Shown here piece by piece: positions 53,401-64,000 of a stretch of 64,000 nucleotides of DNA. Below the pieces are notes generated by a model. It was not told where the DNA came from. It did not search any database and worked only from the letters and a program-made list of their open reading frames with translations. Source of the DNA: Lytechinus pictus (lineage: Eukaryota); the NCBI RefSeq assembly GCF_037042905.1, contig NC_087251.1, forward strand, positions 10,418,001-10,482,000, read 5' to 3'. A program made the position numbers and the translations under genes. How positions within the stretch are numbered: position 1 is the first letter of the stretch; each line of letters opens with the position of its first letter.

Positions 53401-55333
53401 TATCTTGCTTCTACCTTCTCTAATTATAACTGCATCTGTATGTCTCATTTCATATTAGAAAAATATGCTTGATTCGAGAATTAGCATCGTTAACCAGTAA
53501 ACAAATATTTTTTGTTTAATTATCCAACATATCAAAATTGATTTAAAATTGAGGGTGGGATAGGGGTGTCGATCCAGAGGGAGATATGGAGATATTGGCC
53601 TAAATATAAGGTCTTGGGGCCATGGACCCCAGAAGTTTCATGATCAAAAGGAGGGTAGAAAAAAGAGAAGGAAGAAGGGTGAATATGATGTTTTTTTTAA
53701 TGTCAAAATGCATCAAAAATTTTATTTATATCAAAATGTCAAAATTTTTGCTAGTTCGCTTTGCGGGTTCAATTTTTTTTTACCCCATAGGCCTACATAA
53801 ATCGGGCCCCTCAAATTTGGCTAACTGTGCCACCCCACCCCGTCTAAATTAAAAAGAAAGGGAAAAGAAAATTGTGAGAACCCCCCCCCCCCCCGAAGGG
53901 GGTCTTCATATTCATAGAATAAAGTTGATTTCTGTCAACTTAAAAAAAAATTGACAAGCCAAAAAGAAGAAGGAAAGTGGTCTTTAATGACTACCAAATG
54001 AAGGTGATTTTTAATCTTCCCAAAAGTAGCATACCCAACAAAAATTTAGGGGGGTTCACCCCTGCTTGCAAGGGTTGTGGAATTAGTTGTTCATGAGAAA
54101 TAAATGCTGTATTTCAATTTGTTTTGTCTTATGAGAAACCAGTTACAGTATACAAATGATTTGTAGAGAAATATGCATTTGTTTGAGATATGTCGTCATT
54201 AAAACACAAGATCAAAAGGCATGCAGGTACAAAATTAGGTGTATCAACCTCCCAGGATTTGTTTAAAATATAATTTTTATCATTATTTCTGAAGTATTCC
54301 ACTGCGGGCCGAAACGACATTGAAATATTCTTCGAAATGCCGCCAGCTTTCGACCATGTGTAAACAACCCTGGACAAAATGTAAACAGTACGGTATACAG
54401 TTGTGGTCACGACAGTCTTCCGTTCTCTGAGAACTGTTAGAACTTCGGCTTAATTGAAGAATAACCTTCCAAAATGTTCATAAACTGATGTAAGTAATAC
54501 AGATCTCTAGGCATATCAACTGTTTTTATCTAACTTGAAATATTTGGACGCAAACAGCTGCAGTCTTGCAGACATGGACGTACAGTATACGATTACGAGT
54601 GAGCGAGTTGTATTGACAATACTATTGACTGTTTGCAGACGACATACAATCGCCAACAATATTTGGTATGTATGGGACTGAAGTGAAGGCTGTGCGGTGC
54701 AACGAGAAGTGAGTGCGATCGATCGATGGTCAATCGCACTCTTCTTTCCCCCATATCGACTTGAAAGAAAAAGAAATAAAATGAATGAAATACATTATAT
54801 CAATCTTGCTCTCAGGATCATGACTTTTCAATATTTTAGGACCCCACTATATAACTTAGTGTATTCTAGAGACTAGATCTAAAAAAAAAAAAAAAAATTA
54901 TTCATGATGGCCAAACTAAAGTTAGACTGTCTCTACGACGTAGTAGAACTAGATCCAAATTAATAGAAAAGGACAATTAAGAACTTACCTCATCTCTTTT
55001 AGAGCACGAAGCAAGTGTCACCCTTCTTATGACTCTTCATGCTGTTGATCTACTGCACCCGTGGATAGTGGCTGAACTATCCAGCACAGATCCCATGGCG
55101 TAGAACCGCAGTGCTACAAAAATTTGCAGTGCTGGGGTCAGTGCATTACTCCTTTGAGTAGTGTGTTTCAATTCATCTCCGATATAATCTATGATGAAGC
55201 TTACACCATCTCTGGTGAATCGGTATTTTCTGAACATATCTCTGTCATCGTACAGTTCATAAGGATTGGATCTGTCGCGAAAAACACGCTCCCTACGCAG
55301 AGCAGCTCCAACAAGAGCATTCACCAACGCCAT
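50494..55333 (-). pseudogene. Harbinger (HARBI1-like, DDE_Tnp_4) transposase; exons 55333-54989, 52074-51808, 51342-51206, 50860-50494; one premature TGA at 55037-55039
   Basis: YRF...ALRFYA.G, FPNVVGAIDGTHV, WPGSTHDS, LLGDSGY, RAVIEQVNGQLKSKFRCL and CACLHN; splice sites are in phase. Confidence 0.92.
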
Positions 55334-55859
55334 CCTGTTACTGTTGTCATGGGCAGTGGACTTGTCGGATGAAATTGGCATTTGTCGGTAGGTAAAGAGT
55401 GACCGACCAAATTCAAGATACTTGTCGGATCAAATTAGAGCACTTGTCGGATTTTTCATCCGACAAAGTTTCATGAAATGGAAAGTTGTCGGACGAATAA
55501 AAGTTGTCGGATAAAATGGGACTTGTCGGATAAAACGTCCGACAAGTCCTTTCATGAAACGCCCCCCAGATCAACATTTGGCCGGGGATTGTTTTCGTAA
55601 GCTGTACAATCCCGGTGAAGCTTGGTGCAATGACAGCATAAGGTATGGCAACGGAGGTCTTAAAACACTGCGTCAGCATGCCACTGGAGACAAACACAAG
55701 AAGAGATTCCGTGAAAGAAGGACCAACTACTGCCTGAACTTTGGTAATTTGAATACTTTGTTTGTGAATATTATATAAATTACTGTAGACTCTACATGAC
55801 ATTCATTTTAAAGTTAAGCTTACTAACTTTCTGAACTTGATGACCAACTTAGACCCACA

Positions 55860-56297
55860 AACCTCAGTTTGTACCCTGTGTGGTGAAATAAGGTGGGTAA
55901 TGTTTGGCTTATTTTCTCTTGTTTGGGGGATGAATGCTTGATTGTTTTTACACTGTCAGTTTCTAATGTAGTTATTCATCATGTAACTAGGCTCTAATGT
56001 AGATTAAATTCTTTTAATTATTTTTTTCTGAATTAAAAAGAGTCTGTGGAGATGGAGATTGCCATCAATCTCAGTTTTCTACCAATAGAGGTCGTCACAA
56101 AAATATGCTCAAAATTAAAGTTTTTGAGCGCTCTGGTGAATAAAAAAATGATTCCCAAGTCTAGAATGAAAAAAATCATAACTGGATGGGAACTGATTTT
56201 TTTTATTGTCATAAAAGTGGTATTTTAAAGATTTTTTTGAGTGTGTGTTGTATGATGCATAGATTCACCACAGGCAGGGTGGTTGCAAAGTGCAAGT
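55860..56297 (+). repeat. Third copy of the ~430-bp interspersed repeat, in the hAT transposase intron
   Basis: Colinear with 39885-40315. Confidence 0.8.
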
Positions 56298-59200
56298 GCT
56301 TACACCTAACTGTTAACGATTGAATGATGACCTAACAAAGTAACTCTTGATCTTATTGATTTTATGTTGAGCTTCGTCAATTTATCATTGTTTTGCCACC
56401 ACCCATGGGGCAAGTCACGATGGTCCAATGTATGGAGTGACACAAGCCCCAGGCGTGAGCCAGACTACCAAGCCATCGGGTGGTCTGTATGGGCATGAAT
56501 GATTGATGGGTACCCAAGGGCATAGGCTGGGGAGTGCAACCCCCCCCCCCCCCCTGGCCCGCGCAGAGCCATAGGAGTTCCACCCTAATAGCAAGAAAGA
56601 AATTTCCCCACCTTTTTTTGCTTTTAATTCCTGATTTTCTCAACTTTAGTTCCACCTCCATCATGATCCCTAAGAAGATGTGCAACTCCCTATTCCACTT
56701 CCCCTACTTCCCCTGCCGAGATGTGCACCTCCCCATGCCAAAACCAGCCTACGCCCTTAAGCCTGGCAACAACAAAAAAAAATGTTTCTTGTCCCCGCCC
56801 TTTTCCATTTTGGGGCCTCAATGTATTTTTTAGTTTTCAAAATACTGACATGACTGAGGAAAAATGTGGAAAATGGGTACAAATCTGGTGGAAAACAAGG
56901 ATGACAAGTACTGAATATTAAATTTGCTTTACACAGTTCAATCCTCTACAGGTCAATCCTCCACCAGTTCTGGGCCATATGGACTGAATCCCCTGCTACA
57001 GGTCCCTCAAGTAGAAAGAAAGACATCGACTGATCCAAAGCCCCATGTCACTGTGGCAGATAGATCTGCAAAGGCACAGGTAAGGTACTTTTTTTTTGTA
57101 TAGTTAAAAGTCACAGTCACTTATTTTAATGATTGAGCATAAATTTTCCTATGGGCATAGTGATTTTTACCAAATAATGTAAATGATAGCAGATTGAAGA
57201 TTTACAGGGTTTGGTCCATTATTATGTATGTTTTTTCATTTTTGTTAGGTCAACCTTTCCTTTCAAGACATACAGCCCAGGGCCCAAATCCATATCTTAA
57301 AACCTACAAGGAATTTTGAGATGAATATTCAGTTACTATCAGAAAAATATGGGCTGTCTGATGAAATCGAAATCTCAGAATCTTGTACTTATTAATAGTA
57401 AGGCCCCTATTATTATAATGCCAAAAGTTTGACTAATTTTAATTGTATTGTTCTTTGTGTTATTTTAATTGGCAGGCCTTAGTTCTGGGTACTCTGGCAG
57501 AACATTCAATGCCATTCACAATGGCACCAGTTACAATAGAGACGGCCAAGACCCTTGCTAAAGACAAGAAGACTCTTGATGGGCTGTCTATGGACAGAAC
57601 TACTGCATCGTACAAGATGCAGTACGGATTAAAGAAAACTATTCTGCAGAAGACGCTTGCCAGCATTTCCACATGCCCATTTTCACTCAACATCGATGAG
57701 GCAACAAGTGCCAACAAGAAGGTACTTGCTATATTAGTGAGCTATTACTCAGAAGCGGACAGTCATGTCGTAGTAGAGCACCTGGCTTCGATCGAGATGT
57801 TGACGGTCAAAGCTGAATCCCTGTACAACAGTTTAGTGCAGCTGTTTGAAGAACATGGAATACCGTGGGAGAATCTTGTCTCCATCCTGATGGACTCATG
57901 TGCTGTGATGCGTGGAAACAAGTCAGGTGAGAATTTTGTTTTAAATTTCAATTGGGGGTCTTTCTGCTTGGATAAGGGAGTAGATGTTTCTTTTCTGCAG
58001 GTCCATCTTGTGGGTGTATTCCTTTGTGTCTTTTCTCAAGTTGTAGCGAGGTTTCCATAGCAACTCTAGGTAGCGTGAGGATGGCATCCTTATGATGTGA
58101 TTGAAGGATTAACCAGATAAAAAGTTGACTGCTCTGTACATCATTTGTGTTTTGCAGGTTTTGAAAAGAGAATAAGGGATAACAAGGCACCGCAGATGCT
58201 AGATATATATGGTGACATATGCCATCACGTACACAATGCCACCAAGATGTTTTGCAAGCCCTTTGAGAAGTATGTAGAGCTCTTCAATGATTTGCACAAA
58301 GATATGAAGTGGTTGCCAGATTTACGACAGGCCTTGGGTGACATATGTGAGCTGATTGGGATATCTTTTACTATGACAGACCGCTTCTTAGAACATAGGT
58401 AAGCAAAGCATTATCCAGAATTTTGAAATGGGGTGTCAATCATGGTCCAAAATACCTAACTCTACAAGATCAGGGTGGCCACTTCCTGTTCTCTCCATTT
58501 AAAAAAAAATCAGAAAAATTAAAATCAGGGTGTCCAAAGTGACACACTTCTGGCTAATGCCTTGTAGGTGTGAAGTGAACATTTTTCAATAAAGATCAAA
58601 ATGATCAACTTCAGAATGTACATCAAGGTGCAGAATTTTTATCTATGGTATCATTCTTGGAAAAAAATTAACGGTACATTGCCATTAAATGATGAAAAAT
58701 GTACAATTCTGCACCTCACTCAGAATATAAATGTTCACTGAAATTTGTGTCTGTGTCTTGATTTTCATCCATAGAATTTTTGTTTTTTTTCTTCTTTTAT
58801 TTCAAATTGGTACAGATGGCTGTCATGCTATGATGTAGCAGTATCAACCCTGCGCATGTTTGATGCACTTCAGATATTTTATCATGGATTTCTACCATCG
58901 AATATGAAACTGACCTACAAATCGCAGCTGGTTGGGTTGTATCGAAAGCATGGATTAAGCGATGAAGATAGGGACAAGATCAGAGAGATTCATAAAATGC
59001 TGACAGCGAAGAAGCTCACAGAAGATGGTGCTAACCGAAAGAAGAGGATCTATGAGAAAATTCTCTACACATCACCGAAGACCCTCCTGATACTTCACTT
59101 GTACAAATCTGCACTACCACAACTTGAGTCTTATGTTGTGCTGTTTCAGTCAAAGGAACCACTCATTCACAAAGTCTATGATGAACTGGAAAAAACTCTA

Positions 59201-60139
59201 CATCAAGTTCTTGTCCTGTTACATGAAGCAAGAATATTTGATTGGAATAAGTACTAGACAACTTATGGAACTTGATCTTGATGACAACAGTAAGTATGTG
59301 GCCCAGGGTGACATGTTCTTTGGCTCAGCAGCATCAAAGATAATCAAGCAGCGAGGAGCAAAGGATAAGACTGTGGTTGAGTTTCTTGAGAAGACATCAG
59401 CAGCCTACAAGGAATGTGGCAAATGCTTACAGCGGAAGTTGCCTCTTACAAATAAAAATTTGCAAGCCATATCAGCCATTGACCCTGGAGCTAGAGGTCA
59501 TAGTCTCAGCTGCAAGTGGATGAAGCGGTTGAAAGACATGATGCCTATCCCTCTCACTGATGATGAGAGCGATAGCTTTGACTTGGAGGTTCAAGCATTC
59601 CATACAGACAAGCTACCGGCACTAGAAGATGATTCCAGGATTGACTCCTGGTATCATACCAACGTGTTCAGGAACAGAAAATACAATGTTCTTGGAAGAG
59701 TGATTAAGGGAGTGATATCAATTTTTCACGGTCCCCAAGTAGAAAGTAGTTTCAGCATTATGGGGGACATACTAGACCAACACACAGGGAGAATGAATAT
59801 TTCCACATTCACATCAATCCAAACGGTGAAGTACTATATGCTTGCAAGAGGCGAAGATGCCATTACTGCTTTCAAGCAGCCTGATCGCCATCTCACCCGT
59901 AACATGTTCAGTGCAGCAGCTGCTTACAAAACAGCGAGAAAAGGTGAAGTAAAAAAGATGGAAAAGAAGCTAGCCACGAAAGCAGCTTTCAAGAGAAAGG
60001 CTGTAACAGATGAGAAGGCAGCGCAGGTGCAATATGTATCCAAACAGCGCAAGATAGCAAGGAAAAAGGCACTGGATACACTTGTTGCCAAGAGGATGGA
60101 CAAGAAGAAGAAAAAGGAACAATATTAGAATTGCAGGGG

Positions 60140-60193
60140 TAGCTCCCTGGTTGTAGTTCACATGAATACAAGTGAACTAGAACCAGGGAGCTA
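60140..60193. other. Stem-loop with 22-bp arms just 3' of the hAT transposase stop
   Basis: TAGCTCCCTGGTTGTAGTTCAC-loop-GTGAACTAGAACCAGGGAGCTA. Confidence 0.7.
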
Positions 60194-61819
60194 AGAACAG
60201 ATGATTGGGTAAATACTTATGTCGCTTCCAGAATAGTCTACTGCATTGTACATGCTTGTGTTCCATAATTGTCTCTCAATGTCAGCAGCATATGGTTTAC
60301 TTTACTATAGGTGTGGTGTATAGGTCTATACACAAACGGTGTTCATAAAGTACAAATTGCATTGTATAGTTTGTAAAAATTTTATTTCCTTTTTCTGTCA
60401 AATTGGTACTCCACAATGGGTTCCTTTTTCGATCAAATTGGTACTCCAGAATGGCTTCCTATACCCCCTTTAAATGCTAAAACCCAGGAGCTTCAGGGGG
60501 CGCTGTCCCTGGAACCCCGTCCGTAGGTTTAATTTCCTTTCAGATATTTTTCAAGAAAGTCTCATGCCTGTTCATCTCTTCGTTCGAACTTGTCATTTTT
60601 TTATTCTGTCTTTCTTGGTACGTGGGCAGCGCAAGACGGTGGGCGGCCACCGGCCGTCTTGCAATGCTGTCCTGATACATTTAATAATTGATCTCATTCT
60701 TGTAGGTTGCCTACTTCTTTGGAGACTGTTGTCCAGGGATCAGTTAAGCTACCGCAAGGTCCAATCCAGCTGGCGTTTAACAGCACAGCCGGTGGTACGT
60801 GCCATCACATCGAGCAGGACCTCAAACAGTAAAGAAGTTATATTCTTTTTGCTATATATAATTTATTTCATATAGAAATTGAATTTGTTTGCAAAAAGAA
60901 AAGTATAATAAAAATTCTTAATAAAGAAAAACATTCTGTATGATTCGTTGCAGGTCCTAGGCCTAAGCATCGAACCACGTCTCGATCAAAAAGGAGATTT
61001 AGTTGAATTATTCAATAAAACCTTTGCTGCTATTTGTAAAGAAGGAGCATTCTGGTTTTATGGGCTTGAGATGGGGTGCACCTCAGCGAGTGCAGCGGCA
61101 TCCCCTTGCTCCTCCATGAGGTTTATGCGAAAATGAATGATGTTTCGTGGCAAGAGACTGAGAGTGAGGATACTACATCGCTGGACCTATCGACCACGTC
61201 CTTCCCACCATTACCATGAGCAGGACATATTTCACATGGTTAGATATTGATATTTCTAAATGTTATTGTACATGCATATTTTGTGTAGCTTTCATAATGT
61301 TAATATAACAAATAGAACAGGTAATATTCTTGAGCGAAAATATTTCGTTAACAAGCGGTTATCCAGAGTCTAGACATCAAGGACGTAGTTGGAAATCTCC
61401 CCGCCTGGCGATCTTGGCGCGGACAGGTGGTCCAGTTTTACGACTTTGTTGACCAAAAAGTATCGGTGGGGAGATTTCGTTCAGGCCTCCTCACTTTTCT
61501 TTGTGGTGTTCATTCAGAGTAGCGGGTCATGTTACTTTCTTTCGCTTGGTTGATTTTTTCGTATTTCTAAAAATTTGGACGCTTTGCTGCACTGGTTTAA
61601 CACATTTTTATGGTAGGAAAACTCAGGACGCTTTGCTGGAATTACTTTTTTCTTTATTGATGTTACAGTTTCTTTGGACGCTTTGCATAAATTTGAGGCT
61701 AGCTATTTGCCACTAAGGTGTTTACCTCTGTTTCGGTGCCTAACTCGTCGTTTGTTTATTCTCCTTGTGCTATTATGATCTGCCTGGTGTAACATTCGAA
61801 CTTTTTGACCACTATTTCG

Positions 61820-62300
61820 AAATCGTTGAATTTACCATGGTACATCATCCTCCTGTTTTGTCGACAGTGAGCTTTTGTGCTCGGATTCTACGTTTACAGT
61901 TTACGTTTCATTTTTGTTCCAATCATGTTTAAGTCATTGAATGTACCACGGTCCATCAGCTGTAATATCTGGAGATATTTTCCTTTATATTTTGTATATT
62001 CAATGACACACAACCGGAAGACAAGAAAAAACGATTGTATGTAACTTGGAGTTGATGTTAGTGTTACCCAAACAAATGACATTAAAATGTAATCGCTGTC
62101 TACGGATATGATCTGTTGGAACCCACAGTGTATTTCATCAGCCTCCTGTTTCGCGACTGCGAATTTTAGTGCTCGGATTCTACGTTTACAGTTTAAGTTT
62201 AATTTTTTTACCTTTATTCTGAAGTCGTTAAATTTACCTCGGTGCATCATCCTCATGTTGGTCATCTGGGAAATTTTGCGCTCGGATTCTACGTTTACGC
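61820..62300 (+). repeat. Three degenerate direct repeats upstream of the DIRS/Ngaro gag
   Basis: GCTCGGATTCTACGTTTAC at ~61879, ~62171 and ~62280; two copies share the upstream TCGTT.AATTTACC..GGT.CATCATCCTC. Confidence 0.7.
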
Positions 62301-62310
62301 TAATTATTGA

Positions 62311-63430
62311 GTGGCCTTTTGTCTTTCCGCGACATCTTTGGAAGTAGTTGAAATTATGCTGAAAGTCAAACAGGGAAGGAAAAATGTGATCAAGTCCGCA
62401 ACGTCTCCTCGCTCGCAGAAAGCTGGGATTGGGAATGCATCGACCATCCCGGTCGTCGTAGAGGACGTCACTGGAGCCGGCACAAGTAATATAAACAGTG
62501 AGTCTGTTTCTGTAGGGGCTCCCTGGCCCATAGTTACCCCTCCCAGCGCTACGAATAGTTCTGAGGCAACCCATGAAATTCACATCCCCCAGCTACTCCT
62601 GTTACCCTCAACAATGCTTCCAGCATTACCCCTTCGTCACAGCCGGCTATGCTGAGCTGTTTGTGTGATGAGCTGGGTAGTGAGGTTTCTGTTGGAATTA
62701 AAGAAAAAATTTGGAGCAGTGAATACATTGATCTAGGTTTGCTGCTAAAAAGGGATGCAGGTAGATTCCCCTCAATCTTTCAGCCTCTGTTCTACAGGGG
62801 CTGCAGTAGTTTTGCGGCCAAATAGCAAGCCCCCTGTGCTGTCTAATATTGAACAGTGGATGTCAGCTATTCTGATATTCGCGTTGATCTATCTAGAGTG
62901 TCATCCAGCCCGGGCTAGGGAATTGTTAAAGTACATGGACATCGTACGTTCCATTGTTAGATATGTGGGGTTTAATTGGCGGTCTTATGACGCTCAATTT
63001 CGCCTCCGTCAGGCGTCAGCCTTTTAGATCCTGGACGTCAATCGATACTGACAATTACAACAGCGAGCAACAGGTTTCAACATCCTGCCTTGTCATCCCT
63101 CGCTTCCCGGAGTCAGCCCTTTCATCCATACGGTCGGAGAAAAGGCCGCACGCACCTGTCTTGGCCGTATGGGTCAAACCGCATCGTCAGCCCCCGACCC
63201 CCACTGCTCTGTTTTGCATTCAATGACACCGGATCAAGCAGCCGAATTGACTGCCGTTTTCTGCACAGATGCAGAAACTGTGCAACCTCCCATGGTGCCC
63301 ACGCTTGCATCAAACCCACCGCCGCCGCCAGCAGCAAGCGGGTGCCAGGCCCAAACACCAATTAATTTGAAATGTATGCTTCCTTTTCTAAATAAGTACC
63401 CTGGACGCGATGATGCCAATTTCAAGAGAA
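62311..63430 (+). pseudogene. Decayed DIRS/Ngaro-like retroelement gag (ORF1) plus the start of the RT ORF
   Basis: IKEKIWSSEYIDLGLLL, IEQWMSAILIF..Y..ELLKYMDIVR..NWRSYDAQFRLRQ, Cys/His finger CFAFN...CRFLHRCRNC...H....C, and overlapping TPINL...L.KYP. Confidence 0.75.
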
Positions 63431-64000
63431 TTGGTTGAAAATTGAGAAAGTAGTTTGATGCACAAGATTTGCAACGGACTGACCAACCGACTAACCAATT
63501 CCCATATACCCCCTTCAAACTTCGTTTGGCGGGGGTATAATGAATCACAGCCCAGTCATTAGAAGACAAATGCTTACGGATTACAACAATATCATAACTC
63601 ACATTGTTGTGTCCTTAAAATCTGTTATCCTATCATTTTAAGTATTTGAAATTTTTACATAATTAAGCTTTCTTTCCATGATCTGTTCATCTGTTTTTGT
63701 AAAAAATAACAAATGATTTTGTAATTGATGTATTTATGTACATGTATTTTAAGGTATATTCTTTTTCTGTATGTCTGTGCTTTCTTGCATTTTTTCTTCA
63801 GCACACATTATCAAATCACTGGAGTATCTGCATGTGGACATTCTTCCTGTGCGACTCTACTATTCATCACAAAGAGTAAGGCCGAGTTGTCTCACAGTGA
63901 CATATTACTGTGACGCAAGCCATCCCTATTCCACTCCACGGGACAAAGAAAAGTGAAGTGCGGAAGAAGAGTGAGGGGTAACAACATTGGTCAAGATGAA

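Larger units (their letters stand above)
39243..55566. mobile_element. PIF/Harbinger DNA transposon, ~16.3 kb, with two convergent genes
   Basis: TIR GGGGGCGTTTCAT / ATGAAACGCCCCC; CTG and CAG flanks; TTGTC(A/G)GA subterminal arrays; removing it restores the hAT reading frame. Confidence 0.9.
39113..60128 (+). pseudogene. hAT transposase; exons 39113-39242 joined to 55570-55743, then 56952-57079, 57476-57926, 58158-58398 and 58816-60128 (frameshift ~59190)
   Basis: BED-like N-terminus; FSLNIDEATS, ILMDSCAVMRG, DICHHVHN, HRWLS and HGPQVESSFS motifs; canonical in-phase splice sites. Confidence 0.85.
38812..60570 (+). mobile_element. hAT-superfamily DNA transposon (~5.4 kb of its own sequence) interrupted by a Harbinger element
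   Basis: TIR CAGGCATGAGA / TCTCATGCCTG; 6-bp TSD TTCATC on both sides; subterminal repeats at 60400-60460. Confidence 0.9.

Noticed and set aside
61894..62583. 229-aa minus-strand ORF
   Set aside because: Antisense to the retroelement leader and gag; no recognisable domain

Overview
AT-rich, intron-containing animal genomic DNA. The repeat families look like those of a sea urchin, which is an inference. The window is mostly transposon-derived. 1-20.5 kb is largely non-coding: MITEs, a CT-rich minisatellite, local duplications, a Gypsy integrase relic and one candidate two-exon gene for a 74-aa hydrophobic protein. 20.5-36.7 kb holds two diverged copies of the same locus. Each copy carries a different ~4.9-kb composite-like DNA transposon: ~465-bp long terminal DIRECT repeats, each with its own short TIRs, enclosing a His-Me finger (I-PpoI-type) nuclease and a convergent DDE transposase. 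This architecture matches the KolobokP lineage. The two elements inserted only 15 bp apart in the same small LTR-like target. 38.8-60.6 kb is a nested stack: a hAT element with a 6-bp TSD, interrupted by a 16.3-kb two-gene Harbinger element, which in turn contains an Academ-like element with a LINE RT fragment and several MITEs. The window ends in a decayed DIRS/Ngaro-like gag region. No rRNA, tRNA or CRISPR array was recognised. All family assignments come from motif recognition by eye, not database searches.
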